From an uncultured delta proteobacterium (lineage in GTDB: Bacteria > Desulfobacterota > Binatia > Bin18): DNA of 64,000 bases. Both the position numbers and the translations under genes were made by a program. Positions 53,401 to 64,000 of this stretch are shown piece by piece; the first letter of the stretch is position 1, and every line of letters begins with the position of its first letter. The notes under the pieces are model-generated. The model searched no databases. It had not been told where the DNA came from and saw only the letters and a list, made by a program, of their open reading frames with translations. The stretch covers positions 128,001 through 192,000 of the forward strand of contig CAVTCR010000050.1 of assembly GCA_963733195.1 (NCBI GenBank). The letters are read 5' to 3'.

Positions 53401-54795
53401 TTACACTCCTAAATGTACACGCAAGGTCTCAGCGACTTCCTGGGCACACATCAGCACCATACTTTCATCTTCGCCCTCAACCATGACGCGGACTAATGGT
53501 TCGGTACCCGAATAGCGGACCAGGAGTCGTCCATGTTCTCCCAATGCGCCCTGGATTCGTGCCATCGCCTTGGCCACTGGTTCAACAGTAGTGAGATCGC
53601 GCCGTTCGCGTACCTTCACGTTAATGAGTTGCTGAGGGTAACGCTGGATAATCTTTTTCAGATCTGAGAGCGGGCGTTGGCGTTGAATCATAATGGCTAG
53701 GAGGGTAAGTAAGGTCACCATCCCGTCGCCTGTTGTATTCACGTCAAGTAACACGATGTGACCAGATTGTTCACCACCAAGATTGTAGCCGCCACGTAGC
53801 ATTTCTTCGACCACGTAGCGGTCTCCAACTGCGGTACGCACCAGGTGGGCATTCATTTTCTTGAGGGCGACTTCAAGGCCGAGGTTACTCATCACCGTCC
53901 CGACAACCGTGTCCCGCTGTAGCGTCCCACTGCGTAACATCTCTGCCGCGACAATGCCCATGACCGCGTCACCATCAACAATTTCCCCGGTTTCGTCAAT
54001 CAGAATGGCCCGGTCTGCGTCGCCATCGAGCGCAACGCCCATTTGTGCCCCAGTTTCATGGACCAAGCGTTGGACATGCTGCGGGTGTAACGCCCCACAG
54101 TCGCGGTTAATATTTTCTCCGTCCGGCTCAATCCCTAGCGCTGTGACATGGGCACCTAATTCTTCCAACACCTCAGGAGCTAATTTGTATGCTGCACCAT
54201 TCCCACAATCGACCACGACTTTAATCCCGTCGAGCGTAAGTTGGCGGGGAAATGCAGCCTTGACAAAGACATTGTACCGTCCGAGTGCATCATCGATACG
54301 GTGGGCTTTGCCGATCGCCGTAGCAGTCGGACGTAAATGGTCAATCTTTTCATCAAGCACCAGAGACTCGATCTCATCCTCAACTTCATCCGGTAGTTTA
54401 AAGCCATCGCGGGAGAAGACCTTAATCCCATTATCTTGGAAAGGGTTATGTGAGGCCGAAATCACGACACCGGCATCAGCACGCAGGCTTCGCGTCAAGA
54501 AAGCAATCCCGGGCGTGGGTATTGGGCCGACGAGTAAGGCATCAACACCCATTGAACAAATACCCGACGATAAAGCGGTCTCCAGCATGTAACCAGAGAG
54601 CCGCGTATCTTTTCCTATAAGAATCTTATGGCGTCCGGGGTGTTCACGAAATGTGTGCGCCAGCGCACGCCCAACACGCAACGCAGTTTCTGCAGTCATT
54701 GGTTCAACGTTGGCAACGCCACGTATCCCATCCGTGCCAAACAGCCGTTGGCGTAGGGCGTTGTTCTTTTTTGCTGTACCATTCTTGTTGGTCAT
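53401..54795 (-). CDS. glmM: Phosphoglucosamine mutase
   Basis: [27 protein letters not shown] and RYSGTEP. Confidence 0.97.
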   Translation of the reverse strand: MTNKNGTAKKNNALRQRLFGTDGIRGVANVEPMTAETALRVGRALAHTFREHPGRHKILIGKDTRLSGYMLETALSSGICSMGVDALLVGPIPTPGIAFLTRSLRADAGVVISASHNPFQDNGIKVFSRDGFKLPDEVEDEIESLVLDEKIDHLRPTATAIGKAHRIDDALGRYNVFVKAAFPRQLTLDGIKVVVDCGNGAAYKLAPEVLEELGAHVTALGIEPDGENINRDCGALHPQHVQRLVHETGAQMGVALDGDADRAILIDETGEIVDGDAVMGIVAAEMLRSGTLQRDTVVGTVMSNLGLEVALKKMNAHLVRTAVGDRYVVEEMLRGGYNLGGEQSGHIVLLDVNTTGDGMVTLLTLLAIMIQRQRPLSDLKKIIQRYPQQLINVKVRERRDLTTVEPVAKAMARIQGALGEHGRLLVRYSGTEPLVRVMVEGEDESMVLMCAQEVAETLRVHLGV

Positions 54796-55784
54796 CGGTA
54801 GACTCCTGAAATCTGGGCTTTTCCCCCTGTCCGGGGCTTTGGTAATTTTTTCTTATTGTCTTCTATGAATCGTAGCTCAACCTTCTCTGGGTCTTGCGAG
54901 ACTAACTCAACCCCTGGTGGTACGACAACAGCAACTGGAACCGTTGTCGCGTCAGGCCCTTGTCCAGTAGCATCGGCAAAGACATGATCTTCATTAAACA
55001 CTAAACCTTCGACGAGCAGCTGAGGTCCACGTACCGTCACCGCAACGCGAGATGGGCGCGCTACCACCAGAGAAGCTGCATTTTTCACGGTGATCGCAAG
55101 GTTACGGAATTCCTGAGTTGTTATTACCTCAGCAATCCCAATGCGGACATGAACGCGATCTTTACTATAAGAGACAAAACCTCCCTCTGGGCCACGGAGG
55201 GCAACATCTCGTGTAACGGGTTGAGTAAGCGTACTCAGATCAAAGACATCAGTCAGCACGGTTTGAAGTTTCTCAACCTGAGGTGCGGGTCCGGTGACTT
55301 CGATCTTCTCCGGATTCAGTTCCGTCTCTTTCACAAGGTATCCTCGTGGTGGCTTACCTATCAATTCAAGCTGTACTGGAACTGTCCGTTTAATGATCTG
55401 GGCGATGTTGAGGTTGACTTGTGCAGGACTGATACGAATTAATCGTACCCCACGGGGAAGGTTCAGCATGTCAGGGGTAATGCGAAAAGAAGCCATGCCA
55501 GGCCGCACCTCACGGAGATCGAGTCTAAGCTTCTTTGAATTCAATTGACTGAGCAACGACCTCGGGCCGCGAAGTCGGAGGTCAACATATTCATCCCGTG
55601 TTCCATTAATCATCAATTGCGCAGGCAGATTTTGAAATTCGACCGGAACAACGAGCGTCTTCTCGGCATCACGCTCAGCATAGTTCACGAAAAGCCACAG
55701 TCCACAGGCAAATGCTATCGAGAAAAGCTTGAGCCGCCCGTTTCTAACGACGCGTCGGTTAATCCTCTTGCCAACCCATTTCAT
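54792..55784 (-). CDS. cdaR: CdaR/YbbR-domain regulator
   Basis: N-terminal TM and repeated YbbR-like VxVxGP motifs; lies between cdaA and glmM. Confidence 0.85.
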   Translation of the reverse strand: MKWVGKRINRRVVRNGRLKLFSIAFACGLWLFVNYAERDAEKTLVVPVEFQNLPAQLMINGTRDEYVDLRLRGPRSLLSQLNSKKLRLDLREVRPGMASFRITPDMLNLPRGVRLIRISPAQVNLNIAQIIKRTVPVQLELIGKPPRGYLVKETELNPEKIEVTGPAPQVEKLQTVLTDVFDLSTLTQPVTRDVALRGPEGGFVSYSKDRVHVRIGIAEVITTQEFRNLAITVKNAASLVVARPSRVAVTVRGPQLLVEGLVFNEDHVFADATGQGPDATTVPVAVVVPPGVELVSQDPEKVELRFIEDNKKKLPKPRTGGKAQISGVYR

Positions 55785-56532
55785 GAGTAAATAATTGTTG
55801 CAGCGCCGACCGCAGCGTCTGAGTATCCAGGTTTCGCGTAATTTGGCCCCCTCGCACTAGCGAAGCGGTTCCCTCTTCCTCCGACACAACCACCACGACA
55901 GCGTCGGTTTCTTCCGTAATACCAATCGCTGCACGATGACGAGTCCCGAGCGCTTTGGTCACATTCGGGTTCGTCGTTAATGGCAAAATGCACCCTGCTG
56001 CGGCAATCCGCCCCCGTCGCACCACTAACGCTCCATCATGCATCGGAGCTGCGGGAAGGAAAATACTTTCAATTAATTCTTTATTCACTACCGCATCAAT
56101 CGTCGTCCCGGCCTCCATATAGTCGTTCAGCCCAACTTCACGTTCCAACACAATGAGCGCTCCGACACGGCGATCAGCAAGGCGCGAGGTCGCTCGGGTG
56201 AGTTCTTCCAGCATCAGCTCATATGAAGTATGTGCTTTCAAACTAAAGAATGGGCCTCGCCCTACCTCTGTTAATGCTCGCCGAATGTCACTCTGAAACA
56301 GCACCACAATGACCAACAGAATAGAGGTAAGAAAATTGTCGAGAATCCAGTTCAGCGTGTACAGTTCAAAAACTTGCGAGAGCAGATACGTTCCGAACAG
56401 GATAACCAATCCGATCAGCATCTGAACGGCACGAGTGCCACGGATTCGGAGAATGATCCAGTAGACAACAATGGCGATCAACGTAACATCGACGGCATCT
56501 TGCCACCGGAGCTGGGTCAACAGATCGGTCAT
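55759..56532 (-). CDS. cdaA: Diadenylate cyclase CdaA (DacA)
   Basis: Three N-terminal TMs, FQSDIRRAL, HDGA and GTRHRAA motifs. Confidence 0.95.
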   Translation of the reverse strand: MTDLLTQLRWQDAVDVTLIAIVVYWIILRIRGTRAVQMLIGLVILFGTYLLSQVFELYTLNWILDNFLTSILLVIVVLFQSDIRRALTEVGRGPFFSLKAHTSYELMLEELTRATSRLADRRVGALIVLEREVGLNDYMEAGTTIDAVVNKELIESIFLPAAPMHDGALVVRRGRIAAAGCILPLTTNPNVTKALGTRHRAAIGITEETDAVVVVVSEEEGTASLVRGGQITRNLDTQTLRSALQQLFTHEMGWQED

Positions 56533-56739
56533 GACAACGAGCGTCCTTTGTCTGCCCCTTTGGCCGTCCCCATTTCCGCTGGAGGAGCGCTAGGCTGACA
56601 CCATACTGCTCGGCGCGAATTTTGGCGATGTTCAGAGGAGAAGGGGCCCATCGCCACGCGTGCATAACGATAGCCGAACACTAGAGAATCCGAGTATAGA
56701 ACAACACTCGTCCACTATCGCAGGTTACCGAAAATATTG

Positions 56740-58572
56740 TTATGAGGCAGCGGGTTGCGGTTCACTTACCGCCACGTTACTTGGTGCAAAGCTTCTGAGG
56801 ATCTCGTCAATCTCAGGTCCGTCGAGCACTTCTTTTTCCAACAGCACCGCCGCCATCCTATGCAGAATTTCGAGGTTCGACCGCAGCAAGCGTTTGGCGC
56901 GCTCATAAGCGTCCCGAAGAATTCGTCGAACCTCACTATCAATCTCAATCGCGGTTTGCTCAGAGTAGTCTTTTGTCTGCGTGAAATCACGCCCGAGAAA
57001 GATTTGCTCTTCCTTCTTCCCAAAGGTTATAGGGCCGAGGTTTTCACTCATTCCCCACTCACAAACCATACGGCGGGCAAGATCCGTCGCCTTCTCAATG
57101 TCATCACCCGCACCAGTCGTAACCTGTCCAGAAGACAGTTCCTCAGCAACACGGCCACCAAACATAATTGCCAAACGGTTGTGAATATACTCGCTTGACC
57201 ACGTATGCCGGTCGTCCATTGGCACTTGTTGGGTCACACCGAGCGCCATACCACGTGGGATAATTGTCACTTTATGTACTGGATCAGTATCAGGAATCAA
57301 CTTTGCCACTAGAGCGTGTCCAGCTTCATGATAGGCAGTACTCCGCCGCTCTTCGGTACTGAGAATCATACTCCGCCGCTCTGCACCCATAAGGACCTTG
57401 TCTTTTGACAGCTCAAAGTCTTGCATGTCGACTTTGTCCTTGTTCTTGCGGGCAGCCAGTAACGCCGCTTCGTTCACCAAGTTTTCAAGGTCTGCACCAG
57501 AAAAGCCAGGAGTGCCACGGGCAAGCTGCACAATATCAACCCCGTCGGCCAGCGGAACGCGACGGCTGTGCACACGCAGGATCTCTTCACGTCCGCGCAC
57601 ATCAGGGCGGGGCACTACCACTCGGCGATCAAATCGACCTGGACGCAGCAGGGCAGGGTCAAGAACATCAGGACGGTTTGTCGCAGCAATCAGGATCACA
57701 CCTTCGTTAGTCTCAAATCCGTCCATTTCAACCAATAATTGGTTCAGGGTCTGCTCGCGTTCATCATGACCACCACCAAGGCCGGCACCACGATGGCGAC
57801 CAACAGCGTCAATTTCATCAATAAAGATGATGCAAGGCGCCTGTTTCTTACCCTGTACGAATAAGTCACGCACTCGCGAGGCTCCAACACCGACAAACAT
57901 CTCCACGAAATCTGATCCACTAATGGAGAAAAAAGGAACACCAGCTTCCCCTGCAATAGCGCGGGCAAGCAAGGTTTTTCCTGTTCCAGGAGCACCGACA
58001 AGGAGAACACCCTTGGGAATGCGACCGCCAAGGCGGGTAAATTTCTTGGGATCCTTCAGAAACGCGATGATCTCTTCCAGCTCTTGTTTCGCTTCCTCAA
58101 CTCCAGCGACGTCGCTGAAAGTAATCCGATGTTGGTTTTCTGTCAAAAGCTTAGCGCGGCTCTTACCGAAGGACATCGCTTTACCGCCACCCATTTGCAT
58201 CTGGCGCATAAAGAACACCCACACTCCAATCAATAGGAACATGGGGAACCACTGCACAAGTAGGGTGATATACCAAGGCTCACCATCTTCTGGTCGCGCC
58301 TCTATACGTACCCCTTTCTCACGTAGGGTTTTAATGAGCTCGGGATCTTCAGGCGAAAAGGTCTTGAACCGCTCGTCATTCTTCAATTCCCAATGAATCG
58401 TTTTTCCCTGAATGAGGACTTTCGCCACTTCCCCTTTTTCAACCGAGGCATAGAAGTCGCTAAATGGTCGCTCAGGTTCTCGTAGTTGCTGGCGATTAAA
58501 CACGTTGAAAAGCACCAGGAACACTAAGCCTAGCAAAAGCCACAAGGCGAGATTATGTGAGACTTTATTCAC
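56740..58572 (-). CDS. ftsH: ATP-dependent zinc metalloprotease FtsH
   Basis: Two TMs, [21 protein letters not shown] and HEAGH. Confidence 0.97.
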   Translation of the reverse strand: MNKVSHNLALWLLLGLVFLVLFNVFNRQQLREPERPFSDFYASVEKGEVAKVLIQGKTIHWELKNDERFKTFSPEDPELIKTLREKGVRIEARPEDGEPWYITLLVQWFPMFLLIGVWVFFMRQMQMGGGKAMSFGKSRAKLLTENQHRITFSDVAGVEEAKQELEEIIAFLKDPKKFTRLGGRIPKGVLLVGAPGTGKTLLARAIAGEAGVPFFSISGSDFVEMFVGVGASRVRDLFVQGKKQAPCIIFIDEIDAVGRHRGAGLGGGHDEREQTLNQLLVEMDGFETNEGVILIAATNRPDVLDPALLRPGRFDRRVVVPRPDVRGREEILRVHSRRVPLADGVDIVQLARGTPGFSGADLENLVNEAALLAARKNKDKVDMQDFELSKDKVLMGAERRSMILSTEERRSTAYHEAGHALVAKLIPDTDPVHKVTIIPRGMALGVTQQVPMDDRHTWSSEYIHNRLAIMFGGRVAEELSSGQVTTGAGDDIEKATDLARRMVCEWGMSENLGPITFGKKEEQIFLGRDFTQTKDYSEQTAIEIDSEVRRILRDAYERAKRLLRSNLEILHRMAAVLLEKEVLDGPEIDEILRSFAPSNVAVSEPQPAAS

Positions 58573-58614
58573 TCCTTTCCCCTTTCATCCAATTCCGACA
58601 GCCTAACATAGTTT

Positions 58615-60018
58615 TTATTTCTCCGGCAATGGGATGACCTCGGCTCGGCAAACACGCTGGGTCGTCGCTGAGATCTTAGCAACTTCACCTCGCACACATC
58701 CAGGAATCCACGCGATGAGATCGCCAATCTCAATCAGGGGCAAGCCTCGCCGGAGCATAAGGGGCACTTTCGCATCAACAAACACATCGTGCACTTTCTT
58801 TTTCCCGCCTAACCCCAGAGGGGTAATGCGGTCTCCCGGTCGGAAGCTTCTTACCAGGAAACGGCCATCGCACTGGTCCATATCAAACAAGGCGTGCCAG
58901 AGGTCCGCTGTGCGCGCACTCTCCGCAGGACCATTCCATATAAAGGGAGCAGACATTCGTACGCGCCATCCTCCTTGCGGAATGTCAATCTCCTGCCCGG
59001 GGAGCAATGCCTGGCTATACGGCAGCACCGTTGGAACACGAGAAGGTACAGACAGTTTTTCTTCAAGCACAAGATGTATACCTTCACGCCGGACCGACAC
59101 ACCTCCCGGCAAGTCGACAGCCACTCGCGAGTGTCCTGCCGCTAAGGTCCGCAAATGATCCAAGTGATACGAGGTTATCTCACGCACAGAAGAATGGCAC
59201 TCAACCCACTGGCGCAAAATACGCGTCTGCAACACAGCTGGTTCAATCGCGAGTCGCGGGAGCGACAACACAGAGGCCGATTCTTGCGCCCGGCCTCGCG
59301 CTGTCGTGGCAAGCGTTTCCAACCAGGTTTCTTCTTCTCGAAACACTTCCGCCATTTGCACGAGATGGTCACGAATACGTGGAGAGTACTCGCGTTCGAG
59401 TAGAGGTAACAGCTCGTGACGTATTCTGTTCCGCGTATAGCGCAGATCCAAGTTGCTGGCGTCAGTCACAAACGGCAACTTTAGCGCAGTCAGGTATTGC
59501 ATCACCTCTTGGCGCGTACAATCGAGCAACGGACGAACAATCCACCCGTCTCGAATGGGAGGAATTCCTGCCAATCCCCGCCGGGCACTCCCACGGAGAC
59601 AGCGAAAAAGCACCGTCTCCGCTTGGTCATCACGCGTATGTGCAAGAGCAACAGCGGCGAGTTGAGCCTCTTCACGGACACGACGAAAAAAGCGGTAGCG
59701 AGCCTCACGTGCCCACACCTCAATTCCACTCCGTCTCGTCGGTGGGATAAGCCGCTCGACAGTGCACGGCACCTGCCAACGCTGGCAGAGAGACTCAACC
59801 AAGCGCTGTTCTTCCTCAGCCTCAGGACGGAGCCTGTGATTCACATGAAGCACGTGTAGACGCAGTCCTTGCGTGGGGGCAAACGAAACAAGTGCCGCGC
59901 CCAAGGCAACTGAATCTGGACCACCGGAAACAGCTACGCCAAGCGTACTTCCACGTAGAGCGGGAAGAAGCCGTTCAAGGGCAAGCTCAATTGTTCTACT
60001 CAAACGATGCCTGAACAT
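58615..60018 (-). CDS. tilS: tRNA(Ile)-lysidine synthetase
   Basis: AVSGGPDS, HVNH.LR, HTRDDQAET, RPLL, RNRIRH and C-terminal PGDR..KK. Confidence 0.95.
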   Translation of the reverse strand: MFRHRLSRTIELALERLLPALRGSTLGVAVSGGPDSVALGAALVSFAPTQGLRLHVLHVNHRLRPEAEEEQRLVESLCQRWQVPCTVERLIPPTRRSGIEVWAREARYRFFRRVREEAQLAAVALAHTRDDQAETVLFRCLRGSARRGLAGIPPIRDGWIVRPLLDCTRQEVMQYLTALKLPFVTDASNLDLRYTRNRIRHELLPLLEREYSPRIRDHLVQMAEVFREEETWLETLATTARGRAQESASVLSLPRLAIEPAVLQTRILRQWVECHSSVREITSYHLDHLRTLAAGHSRVAVDLPGGVSVRREGIHLVLEEKLSVPSRVPTVLPYSQALLPGQEIDIPQGGWRVRMSAPFIWNGPAESARTADLWHALFDMDQCDGRFLVRSFRPGDRITPLGLGGKKKVHDVFVDAKVPLMLRRGLPLIEIGDLIAWIPGCVRGEVAKISATTQRVCRAEVIPLPEK

Positions 60019-60107
60019 AGTAACGTGTAATCGTACCCCCCGAGATCTTGTCCGTGCTCTTCGAGGTGCTTGTACTCAATTCTCCAGCTTGGCATGATGC
60101 TCACCGT

Positions 60108-60770
60108 ATGAAAAAGGTGTTGTATGTCTATGGACTTTTTGTTCTTGTTCTTTTCTCTACAACTGCTCATACTGAAGACGAAGTTCCCTGGAGCACGGAT
60201 CGCTCTCCAGAGCTCGGGAAGCTCTTACGAGAATTGAACCACCTTTATGGGGCAGATACGGTCTCACTCCTAAGCTGGCTCAATGACGCCAGCATCCATC
60301 ACAAGCGCTCCGTTCTCACCGCAACTGTTCGGGTTGATGGAAAAGAGACGATGGACAACTTGAGTTTCCTCGTATTCAAGGTGGAAACCGGCGTGATTTT
60401 TAATACACAAACGGATGACCAAACAAGCCGTCTTGTAAATCTATGGGAACAAGTGCTCGCAAAAGCCTTTAGCCACTTCGATACCTTCACTGCACCCACA
60501 GACGGTATTATGATTAATTTACTCTCCCACTGCAAAGCGTTCGCAGAGAAAGACGAGATGGCGGACCATATCGATGAACCTGGTTCGGTTGAGGAAGTGA
60601 AATTCTACTTTCCTGGTGAGCCGCTACGCGCCTATCTGGGGAAACAACTGTCAGCGCAAACTCTTCTTAGCCGAGCGTCCATTCTGGTCAATGGGACACG
60701 CACTCCGGTGTTTCTCCCTGGAGAAGGCACCCGAGCTGCAGTAGAGCAGTCTGTAAACACTAGCGAGTAA
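60108..60770 (+). CDS. Secreted hypothetical protein
   Basis: MKKVLY signal peptide followed by a ~200-aa globular-looking domain. Confidence 0.65.
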   Translation: MKKVLYVYGLFVLVLFSTTAHTEDEVPWSTDRSPELGKLLRELNHLYGADTVSLLSWLNDASIHHKRSVLTATVRVDGKETMDNLSFLVFKVETGVIFNTQTDDQTSRLVNLWEQVLAKAFSHFDTFTAPTDGIMINLLSHCKAFAEKDEMADHIDEPGSVEEVKFYFPGEPLRAYLGKQLSAQTLLSRASILVNGTRTPVFLPGEGTRAAVEQSVNTSE

Positions 60771-60899
60771 TTGTGCACGGATCTTTTGGCAGGAGTAACG
60801 CACGGGGGCGTTGTCTGAAAGGTCGCGGCTAGAATCTTCCACCTGTTGGTACATTCCCTACTACCCTCTCATGAGCAAGTGACAAAAATAGGGCAAGCT

Positions 60900-61577
60900 T
60901 TACTCAAGAGCGACGATACCGTAGCGCACTGCGTACCGGACCAATCCTGCGGTGTCGTGAATGTCGAGGCGTTTCATCAACCGCGCACGATGCACCTCAA
61001 CCGTCTTTACTTTCATCTTGAGTAGGGTGGCAATGTCTTTAGTTGACCGCCCCTCGGCAACTAGCTGGAGAATCTCCCGTTGGCGCGGGGTCAGGTGAGT
61101 TAAGGGTTCTCGCTCTTGTGAGGTGGGCTTAGTTCTTTCACCTTGGAGTCGTGGCAGGTAGTCATTCAATAGGATAGAGGTAATCTTCGGACTGAGGTAA
61201 ACGTTCCCTTGGCTCACCACCTCAATAGCCCTCGTCAATTCCGCAGGTGTAGAATCTTTCGACAAGAATCCAGCCGCACCTAACCGTAAGGCATGACGAA
61301 CGTGTTCTTCGTCGGTATACATCGACATCATTAGGACGCGAACCCCCGGATATTCCTTAGTGATTCGTGCCAACATTTCCATGCCATTGAGGTTGGGCAT
61401 GGCAATATCCGTCAATACCAATGTCGGGCGACTTTCTCTGATGAGGCTAAGAGCCTCATACCCATCGGCGGCTTGGGCTACAACCTCCACGTTCGGCAGA
61501 TTGCGCAAGAGGCCAGCCACTCCGGCACGAACCAAGCCATGGTTCTCTACTAATAAGACCCGAACTGGCTTTGTCAT
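60900..61577 (-). CDS. NarL/LuxR-family response regulator
   Basis: REC domain (TDIAMP, GFLSK) and LuxR HTH (LTPRQREIL..KTVEVHR). Confidence 0.93.
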   Translation of the reverse strand: MTKPVRVLLVENHGLVRAGVAGLLRNLPNVEVVAQAADGYEALSLIRESRPTLVLTDIAMPNLNGMEMLARITKEYPGVRVLMMSMYTDEEHVRHALRLGAAGFLSKDSTPAELTRAIEVVSQGNVYLSPKITSILLNDYLPRLQGERTKPTSQEREPLTHLTPRQREILQLVAEGRSTKDIATLLKMKVKTVEVHRARLMKRLDIHDTAGLVRYAVRYGIVALE

Positions 61578-62030
61578 AAGATGCTGAACAATAACAACTC
61601 ACAGTCTCCAGAATGATCAGAGGGCAGCCTGTCCCTCTACCTTTTGATGTCATAACGCTTACTCCATTTGACAGAGGCAAAAGAATCAATCAAGGAAAAA
61701 AATCCTCAAAAGCCTTAGTAAAAATACTACGGGAGATTAAAAAAATTCCTCATACGAACATAGGGAAGAATTTCTTGAGGACCAGGCGGGAAACGCATTC
61801 CTCAGGGTGCTTGCTCTGACGTCACCTCGACGCTGCATGACCGTAGCTATCGCGCTCTGTTGTTTTCGCCAAAAGAAACAATTGGTGATAATTCTATGGC
61901 GTAAACAAAGACTATGCAACGAGAAAGAGCAAAGAATCAGGAATGCCGCGTTCCAGCTCCGGGGTCGTAGCAGAGACGGAGATTCCTCAGTGATGGAGAG
62001 GCGACTGCCCTTTACCGAATTACTTCTGCC

Positions 62031-63302
62031 TTAACGATCGCTGAGGGGAAACCAGGCGCTGACCCGCGTTCCATGTTGGGCAGTCGATTCAATGCAGAGA
62101 TTCCCGCCAGCTAAGTGCGCCCGTTCCTGCATGCCGACAATGCCCCAATTCCCGTTGGCAACTGAACGATCTCGTGCCGCATCCACGTCAAACCCGACAC
62201 CATCATCTTTAATCCATAGGCGTAACGCGGTCTCTTCTTGCCGTAAGTCAATCGTAACGTGTTGTGCCTGCGCGTGTCGGATGACATTTGTGAGGGCTTC
62301 CTGCACGATGCGAAAACAGCCAATCTCAACCTCCCCTGGCAGGCGGCCAGGTAGAGTGTCGACATGGAACTGAATTTTCAGCCCAGTCCGTTCGCCTTGA
62401 CGAGACAGATACCAGCGTAGAGCAGCAGGAAGCCCCAGAGTTTCAAGCGGCGCCGGTCGCAAATCAGTGAGAAGTGCACGCACTTGCTCCATAAGGTGGT
62501 CAATCAGACCAGTGCTCTCTTGTAAACGCGCTCGGTCCGGAACCGATTCATGTTGCAATTCTTGTAGTCCGATTTTTAAGGCCGTCAATGTCTGGCCCAT
62601 CTCGTCGTGCAACTCGCGGGCAATACGTCGACGCTCCTCCTCTTGCCCCTTCAAGAGTTGCCGAGCGAAGATGTTCTTACTCTCGATCAGCGCCTCCAAG
62701 AGGCGCTTTTGTTCAGTAATATCGACAAAGGTACCGATGTAGCCAGCAACAGCAGAGGTTTCATCATGGACTGGTACACACTGACTCAGGACCCACATAA
62801 CCTTACCATTGGAACACTGAAGACGGAATTCATCACGAAGCATCTCTCCAGATGCCATCCCCCGATGCCAGCGGCTAACTGCCAAGTCACGCTCTTCAGG
62901 GTGTAAAGCCCGTGCCCACCCACCTCCAGACGTCTCAGGTCGGGTCAGGCCAGTCATCTCGTGCCACTGTCGATTGACGTACAAGCATCGGCCTCGAGCG
63001 TCAGTATAGAAAATTCCTACCGGTGCTTCCTCAGCAATCGTACGAAAATATGATCCGCGCGCCACCAAGTCTCGCCCAAGCCGCTTAAGAGTTCCCTTCT
63101 CTTTAGCTTCACGTAAAGTCTGCTGAACGACAGGGGTAAGCCAAGCTTGAACCAGCCAGCGGTTCATTCCGGCAGAACCGCTTTGGTCTGTTCGGTTGAA
63201 CTCCTGGATAGCGTTCGCAGAATCTATTCGCTCCATACGACGATCCTTTCCTGTAGGAGTCATGCGGACAATGCATAGATTTGACGCATCTCTATCGAAC
63301 AC
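62031..63302 (-). CDS. PAS-domain HisKA_3 sensor histidine kinase (start uncertain)
   Basis: PAS/PAC domain, EEERRRIARELHDE, QEALTNV.RHA, DDGVGFD and G..GMQER. Confidence 0.92.
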   Translation of the reverse strand: MFDRDASNLCIVRMTPTGKDRRMERIDSANAIQEFNRTDQSGSAGMNRWLVQAWLTPVVQQTLREAKEKGTLKRLGRDLVARGSYFRTIAEEAPVGIFYTDARGRCLYVNRQWHEMTGLTRPETSGGGWARALHPEERDLAVSRWHRGMASGEMLRDEFRLQCSNGKVMWVLSQCVPVHDETSAVAGYIGTFVDITEQKRLLEALIESKNIFARQLLKGQEEERRRIARELHDEMGQTLTALKIGLQELQHESVPDRARLQESTGLIDHLMEQVRALLTDLRPAPLETLGLPAALRWYLSRQGERTGLKIQFHVDTLPGRLPGEVEIGCFRIVQEALTNVIRHAQAQHVTIDLRQEETALRLWIKDDGVGFDVDAARDRSVANGNWGIVGMQERAHLAGGNLCIESTAQHGTRVSAWFPLSDR

Positions 63303-63527
63303 CCGTAGAACGATGACAGAGGGGAGAGTCCCTTACTCCGGCTTCATTTAAGATATTGCTGAAGTTCGAAAATAGTCTCAAACTGTTCGTCATTGCGTTC
63401 AAATCAGTTCATAGATTACTGAACACGAACAACTGAGAGGATTTCTTTTCTGACCAACCGGCCAAGAGCCGAACAACAGGAAGAGCAATTCGAGAAAGGA
63501 AACTGAGACTTTAGTCCAGGGTGAAGA

Positions 63528-63569
63528 TAGCGGCGGGCGGAATCGAACCGCCGACCTAGGGATCATGAG
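63528..63569 (-). tRNA. 3' half of a tRNA-Met(CAT), not a complete tRNA; att-like remnant
   Basis: Minus strand CTCATGA-TCCCT-AGGTC-GGCGG-TTCGATT-CCGCC-CGCCGCT-A; no D-arm and no 5' acceptor or anticodon stem upstream. Confidence 0.7.
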
Positions 63570-64000
63570 ACTAAGATAACCATGGCTATTATCATTGATC
63601 TTTTTAGAAGTTTTACTAGTCGATACATCATCCTGCATGAACCGACACGCATCCCAGACGCAACCATACAAGTTATGATAGTTGTAGAGGAGAGAGGCTC
63701 TGCTCCGCTTTCTTCCTCAGCTAGCAGCTTTCCAGCAATTCCGCTCTGTGTCATCAGGCACTAACGCGTGGGGTGAGGGGAAACTCGTCGTGCGAAGCGA
63801 GCAATCCGTTGACGCTGATTTCCCGGGTATGGTAGTACACCGGCAAGATAACGTGTGTGTAACTCTGCATTCTGACCCATCTCGTGTAGGCAGGAGAGGT
63901 AACGATGACATCCAATCGACGAAGCAACACGCAGAGCAACCATATTGACTCATAAATAAGATTTGCAGAGGTTTTTATGTCAGGGATCATTCGTTGGAGG

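Noticed and set aside
53401-56532. cdaA-cdaR-glmM as a novel c-di-AMP system
   Set aside because: This is a well-known conserved operon.
63500-63610. Complete tRNA gene
   Set aside because: The 5' acceptor strand, D-arm and 5' anticodon stem are missing, so it is reported only as a fragment.
1-64000. CRISPR array or cas genes
   Set aside because: No regularly spaced 25-45-bp direct repeats with unique spacers and no Cas motifs; the repeats seen are dispersed palindromes or short tandem units.
63570-64000. Short overlapping ORFs at the window end
   Set aside because: They conflict in frame and show no motifs or clear RBS, so none can be supported.

Overview
A 64-kb bacterial chromosomal segment, most consistent with a deltaproteobacterial or Binatia-like organism (inferred from gene content and the tilS-ftsH-cdaA-cdaR-glmM and nnr-tsaE-lysC-cimA order). 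The left part (1-15 kb) is housekeeping: thyX, dcd, an IspH-UbiA fusion, hemE-hemH-hemG/Y, a PIN toxin-antitoxin pair and topoisomerase IV in A-then-B order. The middle (about 15-36.5 kb) is accessory and is bracketed by two outward-facing STAND-type NTPase-TPR genes, one with a class III nucleotide cyclase and one with a winged-HTH. Between them lie MFS transporters, a methyltransferase, a Rieske oxygenase, ABM, SnoaL and GYD proteins, and four paralogues of an uncharacterised ~130-aa beta-rich family, three ending in EWK. This block also holds a lone attC-like site, MITE-like and GTAG REP-like elements (some nested and inside coding sequence), 11-bp periodic operator-like repeats and a mosaic of gene fragments. 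The right part carries glyoxalases, a short MetE-like gene, a compact hpaE-hpaB-hpaD-aldolase cluster, cysE, the conserved core block with an IS630 remnant, a NarL/HisKA_3 pair and the 3' half of a tRNA-Met (att-like). Many genes, including parE and heme genes, carry single-base frameshifts that most likely reflect assembly indel errors, so pseudogene status cannot be judged here. All family assignments come from motif recognition by eye; no database searches were run.
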